This document shows positions 1-14,967 of a DNA stretch of 64,000 nucleotides, piece after piece. Made by a program: the position numbers and the translations under genes. This stretch comes from Podarcis melisellensis (lineage: Eukaryota): assembly GCA_964234715.1 (NCBI GenBank), contig OZ174276.1; one strand, written 5' to 3'. Below the pieces are notes generated by a model. It worked only from the letters and a program-made list of their open reading frames with translations, did no database searches and was not told the DNA's origin. The number at the start of each line of letters is the position of its first letter. The stretch's first letter is position 1.

Positions 1-3000
1 TTTTGCTTCCTTCCCATTGCTCTTACATCCTTCCTTCATTCTTTCATCCAAATACTGTTGTTTTTTTCCTTCACATGGTGCCAAAAACCCTATTCTGCTT
101 TGCTCCAATGTTTAGTTGGTATGGAAGTTTGTATTTTCTTTCATGTCCTTCCTTGTTCATTGTATCTTGTGCACTGTTTGTAACTGCTAAATTGCATCCC
201 ACTCTAATCATCTGAGTTGATAAAATATTAATTTTGTCCTGGTTTAGTGATTTAGTTTTGTGATGTATTATGTATTTAGTTTTTCTGTTGCTACCATTAG
301 CTGCAATACAAACAAGTTACTAATTGGAATTTGTGAATCAACAGCAGTATATACAAGATTCGGAGATAAAAGGAATTTATAAGGTATTTAAAAACCTGTG
401 ATTTGCTTTCTGCTGGTTGTCAGGAATCAAAGCTTTTCAATCTGAAAAGGAGAGGTACTATTTAGAGTTGGGATGAAGGGGGAAAGGGACAAAAATGCTG
501 ACTGTTCTTAGATTCTGTAATGTCCTAGTTCACCAGCCAAGCTTCTTTATGTGACTTAAGAGTTGAATAATTGCTGTAAATGTGGCTGACATCAATGCTT
601 TCATGGCAAAGGAAGGAGGGATTTTTTTAAATAGAAAGCCACAACAGAAATTAACACAATGAATCACAATTAAATCTCAAATCCTCCACCTACCCCCATT
701 CAAGTCGGATTTCTGTATAGCTGCTCTCTGACAATTGCAGTATTTTCAGAAAACAAGGGGATCAGTCCAGCCAAACATAGTTGCACTTCAGTTCACTGAT
801 TTCCAATGGCATATTTTCATTATTTACTTCGCTGGATTGAACCTCAAAATTAAACTAGTTTGGAATTTGTAACCGGAAGCCCTTTATCCTTCATGTCTTA
901 GGTCAACATTTTGTGTTTTAAATGCAACTCATTTAAAGTACTGTGAGAAACTCACTATGGGTTTAACCACACTCACCTTTCACCCAGTTTCCAGGCACGA
1001 TCTGCCATTTAAAGCACTGTATGCAAGCCCCCCCCCCATTTTCTTCTTTCTTTCTTTTTACTCTGTTGCTTTCTCTGCAAAAACCTGCTCTTTAAAGCTG
1101 AATCAGTGCAAGCAGCAATCCATGGAAAAACCTGAACTGACATTTGCTCCGATTCAGCTTTAAAGAGTGAGTTTTCGAACGGAAAGCTTGGGGCAAAAGG
1201 CAAACAAAGCGAAACAAAAACGATGCTCGGACACAGAGTTTTAAATCATGGACCTCTGGCCACACTTTAAGAGCAGGGCAAAAGGTCAGTGTGGATAAGC
1301 CCTGACTGAAGAGTGACTTAACTGCACGATCGTATACATGCCTTTCTGCTCAGATGTAAGCCCATTGGGTTCAGTGGGTCTTCGTCCCAGGTAAGTGTAT
1401 GTAGAGTTGGAGAATAATACACTGTTGCAGAACTTTCTAAGTCATGGCTACCATCTGCACACAGTGCTCTCTGGCTACTGCGTTCCTTGCTGCTTAAAGG
1501 GAGCAAGGAGTCTTGTCAAAGCTTCTTGTTGTAGCAGGGCCCATGATAGGGAGGAGAAACACTTCCAGACAGAGTAACATAGGCCAACCTTCCCTGGCCT
1601 GGTGCCCTCCGGATGATCTGGAGTACAAGTCCCATCAGCCCCAGCTAGCATTGCTCTGGTTGGGGCTGATAGCATTTGTGGTCCCAAACACCCAAACACC
1701 TGGCCTTGGCTACCTGGTGCCAGTGCCTATGTTCCTATTAGCCCGGAAGGGAGAGGAAGAGAAGGGGAGTTGCCTAAGGCCTCACCATGACCTCTGACTG
1801 TCAACTGCCTTATTCATATCTAGGGGGAATTGAGAGAATACATTTGTGGGTGGGGCTGCTCAAGGCAGTACAATCCTTGTGGGCAAGAATGGGGCAGAAA
1901 GACATTCATTGGAGCTGGGGTTATGCTGAGCAGCAGGTAGATTCATGACCTGTCCTGCAACAACACTGGACAGCTGATGTAGGAAGTGGCTTGGATCCTA
2001 CAGGAGCAGAAGGCACTTCTGCTCACATATTATTTAATTAATTGACAAAATTGTTTTTTAAAAAAACTTGTACGTAATATAAAACATTAACAATGTTGAT
2101 TTTAAAAACCCCTGATTAAAAACAGATATTTAAAACATTTAAGAGATGGTTAGAAAGCAACACTAGCGAAAAGAAACAAAACACATGTAACTCCTATGTG
2201 TCAGGATAGATTTGCCTAAAAAATAATAATAAAAGCAGGTGGCAAAAATGAAAGGTGCCTGAGCAATGTCAGTAGGTAGGGAGCTCTAAAGGATGGGTGC
2301 TGCTGCACTAACCAATTTCCTGCAAGTTTGGAACAAGTATTAGCTGCTCTTATTTTATCCGCTTCGAGACTTAATAAATTGTACCCGCCACAGCGCCCGT
2401 TCCACAGCTCAAAGTGGTCAAATGGACACAGATTGGCTAAGTCAATTCCGCAAGCCAACTGGTCCTATGCTGTTAAGGACTTTATATACCGAAAGTAGCA
2501 CATTGAACTTGGCCTGGTAGCAGCTAGGCAACCAGTACAGATCTCAGAGCAAATGCTGACATAGGCTCAGTCCCATCAGCAACCGTACTGCAGCATTCTG
2601 CACTACTAACTGCAGGGTGTGTACTCCCTCCCACATGTAGCCCCCTTCTGAAATTAGTTCCAAAGTGCTGGGGAACCTTGTTGTAGATATGCTGCGCATG
2701 AGTCACTATCCGGTCACTAGCTCCTTAATGTTCTATCTCACAACTTATCACTTTTGAGAGGAATGAAGAACCCAGACAGATTTAGAAAGAAGCAAAGGCC
2801 CTCTGTCCCTTGGTAGAGCTCAGCTCGGGGCTTTGCCCTGAGAATGCATACCTACTGTGTTGGCTCAGCCCAGGCTTTGGGGGGGGCCCTTGGGGATGGG
2901 CAAGCTGGCAGGGGGGAAGGGGATTTGGGAACCGAGGTTAGCAGCAAAGGGGGCATCTGGTGTCCACTGTAGAAGAAATGCTAGATTTAGGGCCGTGTGG

Positions 3001-6000
3001 GTGGTTCCCCTACACAGGGCGTTGAGCCAAGGGAGTGCAAAATTGAGAAGATCCATAATTGAGAAGATCCATTTGGGGGCATCAGATTTTGGCCTCACAC
3101 AGGGCACCATATTATGAAATATGATCAAAGTCTGCCCCTGGTGGAAGCATGGTGAATAACTCTGTTCCACTGTCCAAAAGGCTGCTGAGAATTTTGGAGT
3201 AATCATAGCCAACTGTGTGACCCGTCACACATTCCCCTTGCTTGCTGTCTGAAGTTTTGCTGTCTGTTATTGCTAGAGAAGAAGCAGGAAATCTTAAAAC
3301 ACAGGGCTTCCTCTTATTGGCTGGATGCCCAGCTTTCCAGAACAACAGAACAAAAATATTGTACATTTGCATAGAGACTGGCTAAGATTGCCTACTTGAA
3401 AGGGGAGGGGGCATTCAACTAGTTAATTTCCAAAAACCTAATTAGAATTCAATAGACATTCCCCACCAGATTATATTCATTTGAAGCTGGTTGATATTTG
3501 GGGCCTGCCCTGCTTCACAAAAGGTTTTTTACAAAGCTCTAGTCCTTGAAAATCCCAAACCAGTGATTCACATCCCTCCTTCAGTTCCCAGCTAATCCTC
3601 CAGCTTTTCCAGGTTTTAACGCGAATAAAGCCTCTAAAAGGCCAGCAAATAGGAAAAGATATTTGACAGTAATCCCTTCATTCCCAAGGGCCAGTCTTCT
3701 CATATTACAGGTTATTAAAAACAAAATCCAAGCAGCAAGCCTCCCCCCAAAAAATCTCAAAGACAAGAAAGATTGAAGTCACTCAGCTTCCACTGAGAGC
3801 CAGAACTCCCCAGACAGCCTGACTGGGAGAATTAAAACACAAAAACATTGCAGGAAGTTAGGAGGTTTTAGTTTTGCTGGTGGTATTACCTGCTGAGTAC
3901 CAAAGAAATAATAGTCTAAAAGTTTCTGGCCTGTGAGATGAATGAAAGGTTTGGGTAATCATGTTTCCTTTACATTTGACATTTCAAATGTTTGTCTTTA
4001 AAATTAATTTATATACACACTTTGTAGAAAATTGATTAAATGTACTGGATTATTGGTTAGGGTGGTTTTAATTAGTAAAAGTTTGTCACCAGCATGGAAG
4101 TGTTGTCAAGAGACTCTCAAGTAATGATATGGAGAATCTTGTTAATTGATTATGAAGAGAAAGAGCAGCGCTTCCCTCTCTCTTTTGGAAGTCCTTTGGT
4201 GGTGGTGGTTGTTTTGTTTATTTTTGTTTTAACTGCTTTTCAATCTCTGCTTTTATATAAATTTAATATACCCCCCCTTTTTGAATGTAGTAATGAAAGG
4301 AATGTCAAAAATTGGGGAAGACCACAGAGCCCCGATGTTTATTCTATGTACTAGTTGCATCTTCCATTTTTTCATTCCTTCAGTGGAAATGAATTTCAGA
4401 GTAGTAGCCTTGTTGGGCTGCTGTAGCAGAACAAAAACAAAAAACTCAATATGTTAATCTGTAGCCACCAGCAATTCTCTAACCCCCCCCCCACTCTATC
4501 CAGTGTGTTAACCATAGAGAAGATGTTCTAAAGTGAGGAGTATACTTTTGCCACACCACGTCCACACATGATGCTGATCTGCAGTGACCTGGAAGTTTCT
4601 TTCCTCCATTTACAGGTCAAAGAATGTGTCAGCCACACTACACTGCACTGACCGAAAACAGTTGTGCCCCTCCTGATGGTGACAATACCATGCTGGGCTT
4701 TTGGAGGGAGTGCTTCCAGCATCATGCTCAGGCTGAGATTGTCTGCAAGCAGTCACACTTGGCAACTTGCAAAAATTAGATTGAGAGTCTTTAGAAATCA
4801 ATAGAAATACTTGCAGTAACTTTAACAGCTAGACTTGGAACAACTCACTATATTTCTGGAGACTGTAACAGTTCTAAAGGAGTCTGATTTACGCTGCAGA
4901 ACTCCATTCAGCTGTGTCTGTAGGTCTGTTGCTGTTGTTTTTGCTGTTAACAGTGCCCAGTGCACTGTTTAGCACACTGAACAGACACATTCCATGCCTA
5001 GCTCCTGGCATTTCATGTGGAGTATCAGATCAAGCAAGATACCCAATTCAGCATTCACATACCCTTTGTGATTTTAATAAGCATTTTGCAAAAAAAATTA
5101 AAATGTGAGCCTCTTTAGAGGAGCAGCAGAAGGAGACACAGAGGGGCCTTGCCCCACACTGAATGGAGAAATTTCCCCTCTAGTAGGATTGAGGCTTCCA
5201 GGCAAGTCCTTCAAATGCCTTTATCCAAGACATGCATTACAGCACAGTTCTCTCTTTCACACATGTACACACAAACAAACACATTTTTTTAGGCTCCAGA
5301 CTGATGTCATATCTTAATGGTATATAAATGCAATCAAATTTCTATTGGGAATAACTTTTAAGTTTGCCCCTCTCTATCCAGAACAGTTGTAATTGCATAT
5401 CACAATTTATCTAGCAGTCACTAATACTGTCTTCAGTGCCTAAAGTGTCCTCACTCCTCCACTGCCCTGCAAATCAGAAACTCTACTAAGAGTAGCAATT
5501 AAAATTACTGTTGAGTAGAGGCTAAGCTGCTGTGATTGGGTGAAGAAGAAAGAATGCTCCAAGTGGATTTTAGTGCCCTTCAAGAGTTCTATTTCTGAAT
5601 TTAATTCTGCAAACGGGTAATAACTTGCATTGGTACTTTTGGAAAAGAATGATCAGTGCTGTGCAGGGAAAACATCATGGGCAAATATGCTTTAGTTCTT
5701 TAAAGGTATGATTCACAGTCTATTGACTTCCAGCGCACAGGCTCTAAGGAAAAATAGACTGAACAGAAAGACTTCAAGGGTGCTACCATAGCTGATATCA
5801 AACTGGGGTGGCTAACATTATGTCCAACTTTTAATTAATCCATTATGTGGCATCTAAATGTGTGCTATAGTTCTGACCTGTGGCACAGATAGTCAGTTGC
5901 ACTGGTCTGTGAACCCATTCCTTGAAACCAGGAGACATGGCTTAAATCCTATTATACCCTCTAAAGAGACTGCAAGGATATTCCTACAATATAAATCCAA

Positions 6001-6469
6001 TTACTCCCCAATGACTCACCCTCAGGGGATGAAGAATAAATCCTATTACACTCACACACAAAAATTGTTCACTGATTCCCAAGAGACAGACAGCAGCTAT
6101 CCTACCATAAAGTGATAGCGTCTGTACAGTGTGTATATCCCATTACTTTATGGAGACAGTACAGACTTAATTGCAGGACCAAAGACATAAATTCTAGCCC
6201 AAAAGGAGCGAAGCTGTACAAGGTGCAGTAAATGACTACTTACAAAAGTGGATTTGAGGCTGATTTCTTGGGGCTTGTGGGCCATTCCTTAGCAACCTAC
6301 AAACACAGCTGAATGAAGTCACTTGCTACAGCAACAGACAGGACACCGTTATCATTTCCTGAATTATACTGAGTTGTGAGTCTTTCTACCGACTTCTCTG
6401 AGTCCTGGATCTAATCCTTAAAAGTGCCAAAACCATCTCATGCCCTGGTGATTCTTAGGTCTTAGCCTA

Positions 6470-6840
6470 AAAAGGTAAAGGTAAAGGTACCCCTGCCCGT
6501 ATGGGCCAGTCGTGTCCGACTCTAGGGTTGTGCGCCCATCTCACTTAAGAGGCCGGGGGCCAGCGCTGTCCGCAGACACTTCTGGGTCACGTGGCCAGCG
6601 TGACGAAGCTGCTCTGGCGAGCCAGCACCAGCGCAGCACATAGAAACGCTGTTTACCTTCCCGCTATAAAGCGGTACCTATTTATCTATTTGCACTTAGG
6701 GGTGCTTTTGAACTGCTAGGTGGGCAGGAGCTGGGACCACAGACGGGAGCTCACCCCGCCGCAGGGATTCGAACTGCTGACCATACGATGGGCAAGTCCT
6801 AGGCGCTGAGGTTTTACCCACAGCGCCACCCGCGTCCCCT
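6470..6840 (-). mobile_element. Sauria SINE, full length, with 14-bp TSD
   Basis: (ACCTTT)n tail reads aaaggtaaaggtaaaggt. tRNA-like head with B box (gggattcgaac on +). TSD TAGGTCTTAGCCTA at 6456-6469 and 6843-6856. Confidence 0.92.
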
Positions 6841-9236
6841 TCTAGGTCTTAGCCTAGAAGAGCGTAAACCAGCATAAAACAACCCACAGCTGGCTTGATA
6901 TCTGAAAATCCAGCCAAGAACAAAATGCATTCCGTGCTTAATGTATAATTGCGTGTAAAATAGTCCAACTCCGTGAATGTACATTTGCACTTTCAAATCC
7001 TAGGTACAACTGGAAATATCCAGTGTTGCATCAGCAGATGTGACAGTACAGTACTTCCCCTTCCTCTCCCTGCCCCCCAGATCTGCTCCATGGAGTTTCC
7101 CAATCCTGTATAAGAGATGTGGGGGCATGTGGGGAACTGCAATGGGGCAGATAGGCTAAGGGAAGTCTCATTGCTCCAATGGGATGACACTGTTTGAATG
7201 TCAGCTGATGTATTATGAAAATATATAATGTAGATGATAGGAAACATACAAAAAGAAGCGTAAGTGGTCATTGACCGACACAGTGTATTTGGATTTTCTT
7301 GCTGTGCTCATACTTTGATTTTCTTTAAAATGCTAGAATTCTCATGTGCTCATAAATTTGTATGTTAATCTACCAGCTTCAAAGCATACATTTTAATATA
7401 CGCCACTGTCAATAAAGCTAGACTGAAAAATTAAGTTGGCATTCCTACTTAAAATATAATCAATCCTATAAACCAGAATAATACTTGACCTTCCAAAAAA
7501 GCTCTACCATTTGATCTACAGAAGCAATTGTTGATCTTCTTTAATTCCTGCAACTAGAGAGAGACTTTTTATACATTCATCAGGAAATGAAACATACAGG
7601 CCGAGAAACTGAACAGCTTCTGCTCCTCACTGGACTTGACTACCCTACCTTTGAAAGCTTTATTCAGATAAAGTAATAGCTCATTTGTTGTTGTCATTAT
7701 CACCATCACCATCATTTGTCATGCAGAGCAAGGCTGCAAGTTAGTAATTTGACTTTTTCAGCCCCTTACAAAGGTATTCACTTGCAAGTAGGTTGACTGA
7801 ACTGGCTCATCAATGAGGAACTTGCCCTTTAGTCTTATAGATTGTAATAGCACTGTAGTCTACCATGTTTTGGACTTATTCTTCAGTTCCATTTGGATTT
7901 TGTCTCGTGGCAGCTGCAAAATCACTGTGTATGGTAGGAAAAACTATAAAGGGAAAAAAGAACCTGTTGGCTTCACAAAGCAGGGACTGGACATCACTGA
8001 ACATCTTCACCTGTATATCACGTTTCATGGTCCTTTACATTCAAATGTTTTAATAATTTGCTGCTTCTTACAAACTGTGCATTTTAGCTTATTTGTGCTA
8101 TCCTGTTCTTCGCCGTAGTCCAAATACGTTTATGAGTAAGAGCACCGTAGGCAGCAAGACCTTTGTCCAAAGGGTGTTTTGTTTGTTTTTAAGCAGCAGT
8201 TCCCACTCTTGAAGAAAAAAAAAATGTCTTTTCTCCCCAGGAAAAAAAAAATCTAGTTTAGGTAGGCTATTATTGGGCATTCATAAAAGATGTCCTAAAT
8301 ATGTCCATCTTGTCTCCTGTGCTTCATGTACTGCTGTCAATAGCCGTGCCCACTCTGTGACCTTTTCATGAGTTATTCTGTCAGTTTTGCTTTGAACAAT
8401 CTATGTAGAAACAGAGTCAAGCCGTACATGTTGTGTTGTATAGATTTGTTTTCCAGGGCACTGACAAGAGAATTTTGGATGTGGCTTCTAAAGATCTCAA
8501 GAGTAGTGCTCTTGCTCATCTCCTGAGCCTTTTAGGCATATCACAGCCAAGCTATGATCACTGGCTCTTGGTGTCCCAGCAATGAAAATTAAGTGATATG
8601 TTAAAAAAACCCGTAATAGTTTTATGGAGTTTATTGCGACACCTTTCTGTCCCCTTTCCCCCTTTTCAAGTGCAGACTTCATTGTTAAAAACTTGAATGG
8701 TAAGTCTGTTGGGAGCTTTTCCCAGATTTGTTTAGCTCTAATTAGGGCATTGAGCCAATGCCCCCCATCACTGTAGCAGTCGTTTTTCGAAGGGTGTTTG
8801 TTTTTCATTAAGATAATTTCAGAATGTGTTAGACAAGGGCACTGGGGAAATCAAGGGGGCCTGCCCCCCTTCTATTTCCCCATAATGCTGAAAATCATGC
8901 TGCACAGTCAACCCCAGAATTCTGGATGCAGAGACCCAGGTCAAGAGCCCTGTATGTTTTATGCTCATCAATTCAGTAGAACAGTGTTTCCCAAAACTTA
9001 GAATAATCATGTACCCCTTTTGAGAGTTTTGTCTTGCCAGTGTACCCCTTCCTGGACGAAGATGATTTGGCGGTATTCTTAATAATACTATTTTAGCTTT
9101 GAGTTGTTCTCTGTACCTAAAAAACTACCCCTATGATAAAGCAACATATGAATTCTGCTGTGTGCCTGTTGAAACCTTTTCACATACCCCCAGGAATGGA
9201 AAACATCGCAGTATAGAATGCACATATCAACTTCTA

Positions 9237-9280
9237 AAAGGTAAAGGACCCCTGACAGTTAAGTCCAGTCGCGAATGACA
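9237..9280 (-). mobile_element. Sauria SINE 3' stub
   Basis: aaaaggtaaaggacccctgacagttaagtccagtc matches the tail end of the copies at 14049 and 37922. Confidence 0.7.
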
Positions 9281-9395
9281 AGCACACCACACTCCATTAT
9301 GCCTGGTTCCCATTATGCCCCAAAGGACATGCGCGTCAGCAATCGCACATCAGTTGGACACAACTAAAATGGCTGCTACCTGTATATGACATTGG

Positions 9396-9565
9396 TAGGG
9401 TTGCCATATTTCAAACAGTGAAATCCGGACAGAAAAGTTATTGAGCCAAAGTTGTTGCTATACTTCCAGCTTTTCTGGGACATTTCTCCAATTTCCACCC
9501 AGACACTGCTGGCGACTGCAGTATTCTGGATATGTCCAGGAAAATCCGTACGTATGGCAACCCTA
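9396..9565. mobile_element. hAT-type MITE with perfect 8-bp TSD
   Basis: TIR TAGGGTTGCCATA / TATGGCAACCCTA; TSD GACATTGG at 9388-9395 and 9566-9573. Confidence 0.92.
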
Positions 9566-10985
9566 GACATTGGGGGGGGGTGTAGGGTTAACACAGTTAT
9601 TCCTTATGTGCTGTAATCCCACAACTGCTGCTCCATCACCACAACCAGACTGCTAAAACCAAAACCAATGCACACAGCAAGAAAGCAAATGCTTGATGAA
9701 GATTGTGTCTTAAAATCTAAAGTCAGAACATAGCATATTTCTTTGAACTCAAATTTAAGTTCCTTGCATTGCTGAGAAGTAACTTTGGGTACCCAAGCGC
9801 GTGTTCTTATATCATTGGCAGCATGAGTAAGGATTTTCTGCAGCTTCAGTGTTTAATATTTATAGTGAGAAAGCACTTAGGCAAATCTATTTTAGCTATG
9901 TGTAGCTTCATAGGAAACAGATAGCTTACTTGTATTTTCAAAATGACCACATTTTCAGTGGTGAGGCCAGACTCTGGACATTAACCTGTATTCTTTGATG
10001 GTCCCTTGCTTCATGGAAACACAAAACCTAAGATTGTAAAATAGAATATACACGCCTCTTCCTAGGAATGGTTTCAGATTGAGCAAACCTTTGGATATAA
10101 GGCATTTTCAGATACGATGGGAGATGGTGGCCACAAAAATTCCTTGTCCCCTGCAATCACACCAACCCCTGCTTTCTTCTCCCATCTGCATGAATGGTCG
10201 TTTTGTGCAGCACCCATAACCTATAGCAGTTTTCCCTTCCAAAAATCCAAAGTTGGTTGTTGTTGTTTTTTGCAGTTACATTCAAATTCATTAGAAAATA
10301 AACTCCATGAAATTTCAAGCCATTTTTACACATTTTTAGTGGTGTGCTTTCACAGCGCTGGCTCCAAATTAGTGTCCTCATTTTTTCTCTCTAGCTGCTT
10401 CAGTAGGAGACAACTATTGCTGCAGGCAATTTTTCCTCAAATCAGTCCTGTAACTGGTTGTTCAGTCTTTGCAGCTGCATCGCTAAGATGTTTTTACTAT
10501 CTTCCTAGGTACTTTAATGTGATGTACTAAGAAATATATACACTGTGCTGTAACTCTGGTCTCAGCTGAGGTGCCCGATGTTTTAACATGGGGTTAGTGA
10601 TCCTGGCTCACCCATGTATTATTCCTGCATGCTTATCTCTTCCAGCTATAGTGGTACAAATCCTGTATCCTCCTTATGCTTTGCAGGCTTGGTGGGCTGA
10701 ATTTTCACAGTGTGGAAAAAAATGGAGATTCTTCTCACTCTTCATTTCCTTTTTCACCCAAGACTCCCCTTCTCAGGGCTTCTTCCATCAGACTCTTCAG
10801 AACTTCATGGTTCACCTCCACCCTAACTGCCACTCTCAGTAACATTATTTCAGAGCTCTGCAGGTAGAAAAGTAAGGATTCAATCTCTTTTCCCTCCTGC
10901 ATTCAAGATGAGGCAGAACCTTCGGAGGAATTCAGAAAGAGATATTTACTATTTTTATTAAAGAAGCCTCATTGACTTCAATGGG

Positions 10986-11079
10986 ATTATTATTATATTA
11001 TATTATAATATATATATTATATTATATATATATATTATATATATTATATATAATATATAATTATATATATTATATTTAA
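10986..11079. repeat. Pure A/T low-complexity tract (TA/TAT repeats)
   Basis: About 94 bp with no G or C. Confidence 0.95.
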
Positions 11080-14048
11080 CTTGTATTTGTAAGCACCCTT
11101 CAAGGTTTGCTGAAGGACCGTCTATAAAACTTACAGGGTTTTAAAAAACAATAATATTTTTTTTAAAAAAGAAAAGACCAGGGACAGCAGCAGGAGAGAG
11201 AGGAGGGGAGGCTGAGGGAACACTTGACAAGGGAAGGTGTTAAAAAAAGGGGGGAGGAGTGAGATGCTGCCAGTTCTGCAGACAAGGGGTGGTATAACTG
11301 GGCTCCTGAGACCCACAGGAAAGAATGTAGTTGGTCAAGGGAGTGGACTCAAAAAGGTTGAAAATCTCTGGTATAGAGAAAGTCATGAGGTATTTTTGTC
11401 CTGTATTGTCCCCATGCTGCCACCACACTAATATTGATCCTTGACCTCTCCATTCCATGACAGCTGTAGGAAGTACTTTTCCTTATGGGGGAACCATTTT
11501 GCAAGATTTGCTCAATGAAAGATTTCACTCCTTGCTTTCTGGTGTTCTGGCACCTGGCACAGAAAACATCACTTCTCTCTCACATGCCTTCTGATGTGTT
11601 TCCTATAATTTTGCTCTCAGAAACTGAACAGCACCAGGAAACAGCTTGAAAGTGTGGAGCAAATGTCACATAGGTCTCTTAAACCTGCAGAGGTGCAATT
11701 ATTGCTAATACCTACTCTTGTACCTAACTGTGGTTAATAACACTAATCATACATTTATATAATACTTTTCACCCAGCAAAATCATAACATGCATTTTCAA
11801 AAGGTTCACTGACTCCTTGTTCAAACTGCTGCCTATACCACTCAAAGGCATCCACCTCTTAGGGATTAATGCAACAGCATCACACACTAATAATGTTTTG
11901 CTTTTTAAAGAGCTAATCTCCTTTCCCTGTTCGAACCTATTTTTTTCTTTTAATCAACCCCCTGCTCCCTTATTACAGCAGCCTGACTTGTTCTCCCGCC
12001 CCGCCCCACCCCCCAGCAACACCTCAGACTGAAAGTAATTAATGCGGCAATTAGTTCTAATGGTTCACAAGATTATCAAGCCTGGCTATTCGAAAAATAT
12101 AGCACAATTGATGCTCCAAACAAAACTGGAGAGCGCAATGCTAAAAACATGGATCTGTTGAAAATCGAGCAACAAAGGAATGTAAGATTCGTGTGCTCTT
12201 CCCATTCAGACAAGACCCTAAGAATAATGGTGGAATCACATCCATTACATGAATGCCCAGTCCATTAGCAACATCCTGATGTGAATAAATGAGGACTCTG
12301 AGCCAAATCACACGTGTTGTTAAATGTGATGTATATGTGTGAATTTTTTTTTTTTGTAAAAGTGATCATTTGGAAGATTGAAAGGAAGCTTCTGTTTTCA
12401 CCAGTAAGATCTTTCCTCCAGAACTAATAGCAGCATGTGAGACAGGAAGCGTTTCCATCAGAACCAGGGCACAGGGAGAAACAATTAAACACACACATAG
12501 AATGCACATATTATAAGCAAGCAACACTCCAGTGCTTAATTTTTGAACTTGCCATTTAAATTGTTCCTTCGTGACAAAGGTTCCTGTTTCCAAAAAGTGC
12601 AGGAGGGGTACGGATCTCTCCACCGTGTTGTTCTTTGAAACGTGGAGGGGAAGGAAAGGCGGGGGGGGGGGGAGATAATGGATTTCCCCTTCCTATACCT
12701 ACGGACTCCAGTGTGTGGAAGGGAGAGGTCTTGTTCATTTAGAATCCCAAACAAGTGCTTATATGATGTGAACCAGACACTGCAGCTTGCTGGGCTGCTG
12801 TAATAAAAGGCAAAACAATGGGGGCAGGCCATGCATGCAGAGGAGGAAGAGGAAGCAGCAGCAGCAGCAGCCGACAGGTTTGAGTACCTTTCTATCAGCC
12901 GCTTCTCTTCCTTGAGCAATGAGAGAGGCTTGATGGACAGAGGAGGAAGAAGCAGTGGTAAAAGAAGCATTGGGTAGATTCACTGCCCCTCCCAGGGGCT
13001 CCAGATCCGCTGCCGAATCTTTTACCTGTGAATTCACTGTACTTTCTGTGCCATCCTTTGTCAAGCTGGTGCCCTTCAGATGTTTTGGAAAAGAGCCACC
13101 GGCCCCATCCAGCACATGCTGGCCAGGGCTGACTCTCACAGCTGCATATTCTTTATTGTTCAAAAGGCACTACATAAGAGAACTTTGGCTGCACATTTCT
13201 CTGGGAGTCAATTATGTTGAATTTAGTAGGACTGACTTCTGTGCAAAAACGTATAGGTTTGGACTGCATATTTCTTCCCTTATCCAAACATCTCGCAAAT
13301 TAACAGTGTTGCAATATAATATTGGCTAGCTGGTATTTGTTATTTGGTACATTCAAGCATGATAGCTTCAATATTATTCCAATGTTTGTTTAAGCTGTTT
13401 GCCTGCTTGACATGTGAACAATGCACAAAAGCCTTCTCTAAACTCCTGTTTGTGTAGCTTCCACTGTTTCTCAACGAGACTAGTCTCAGTGGACCTGCTT
13501 GAACGTTTTGCATTTTAAAGTTTTTATTTTATGCCTGAGGTGCAATATTGATGGCCTGACCCACAACCTGCACTTGGGAAGATCTGTTGCTTTTATATCA
13601 TTTAATGGCCAGTTTTGGTTTTGCTTTTTCTGAGGTGAAACCCTGTTCATACAAACTACTACAAACTTGTGTGACCGTGTTTTAGCTTGACCTAATTGTT
13701 GATGCAGCAGCACTCTGTCACAAATGAGTGTTCAGTGTCACAAGGCCACATCTGTGCTTATTGGTATGCAGCGCACTTAATCAGCAGGTGCATTATTATG
13801 TAGAGCTGTCCGTGCCTTTTCCTGGTGCATAACAACACACATGGAACTAAAGTCAAGCGCAGACGAAAGCTGAATGCTGAGCAGGCAACAGTGACAGAGC
13901 TCACTCTCTTTCTTCTGACTCTGTGTATGAGGGCAGCTTTTTACTGGCAGCCGCTTCTATTCACGATGTTTTATATTCTTTAAATAAGGGAGGGAGGACC
14001 CTAAACTTCTGGAACCACATTTTACAAACTCCAAGGTTTGGAATGAAT

Positions 14049-14312
14049 AAAGGTAAAGGGACCCCTGGCTGTTAGGTCAAGTCACGGACGACTCTGGGGT
14101 TGTGGCGCTCATCTCACTCTATAGGCCAAGGGGGCCGGCATTTGTCCGCAGACAGCTTCTGGGTGATGTGGCCAGCATGACTAAGCCGCTTCTGGCGAAC
14201 CAGAGCAGCACACAGAAACGCTGTTTACCTTGCCGCTGGATCAGTACCTATTTATCTACTTGCACTTTGACGTGCTTTTGAACTGCTAGGTTGGCAGGAG
14301 CAGGGACCGAGC
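14049..14312 (-). mobile_element. Sauria SINE, 5'-truncated
   Basis: Highly similar to 37922-38264 (aaaggtaaagggacccctg...tacctatttatctacttgcactttgac...); tRNA head absent. Confidence 0.9.
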
Positions 14313-14862
14313 TCAGCTCATTTTCTCTGTTATCAAGCCTAAACAGTTTGTTTTTGGTGGGGACAGAATATTTATTTTTAAAAGCAATTTGAGGCATGGA
14401 TAGAAATTGAACAGTAGGTGGGTAACAGGAGTATGTAGAGTCAAGGAATGATCCTCTTTTGAGGAGCAATAACCTTGGGGAGAGGGGCTATATATGGGTC
14501 TCTTGACCCATTCATTCATGTCAGCAAATACCTGCCTTAGATAATCCAGAGATGGGCAACTGTTTTCTGACATTCCCTTTGGGGTAATCTGTGTGTGTAT
14601 GGCCCTAGACACGTGGTGGGCCAGCCAAAGTCAGCTGTAGGTGGGGTCAAGGCCAATATTTGGGCAGGGCAGCCCCTTTTTTTCTCTATCTCCAGCTCTT
14701 ACTGTCACTCCCCACTTAGCAGGCTGCAGGGGAGAGCCAGATTGCCCTTGTCAGAGGTATGAACTGATCACTTCCTTTTGAAAGGCCACATGTTGCTTCC
14801 GGTGAGGCAGTTCATAGCTGCTGCTGCTGCTGCTGTTCTCCTCAGAGGCTGAATTCTTTATT

Positions 14863-14967
14863 GAAAGAAGAAGAAGAAGAAGAAGAAGAGTTTGGATTTG
14901 ATATCCCGCCTTTCACTCCCTTTAAGGAGTCTCAAAGCGGCTAACATTCTCCTTTCCCTTCCTCCCC
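14863..14967 (-). mobile_element. 3' fragment of the same Squam3-like SINE; tail reads (GAA)n on +
   Basis: Reverse complement is nearly identical to 56283-56372. Confidence 0.85.
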
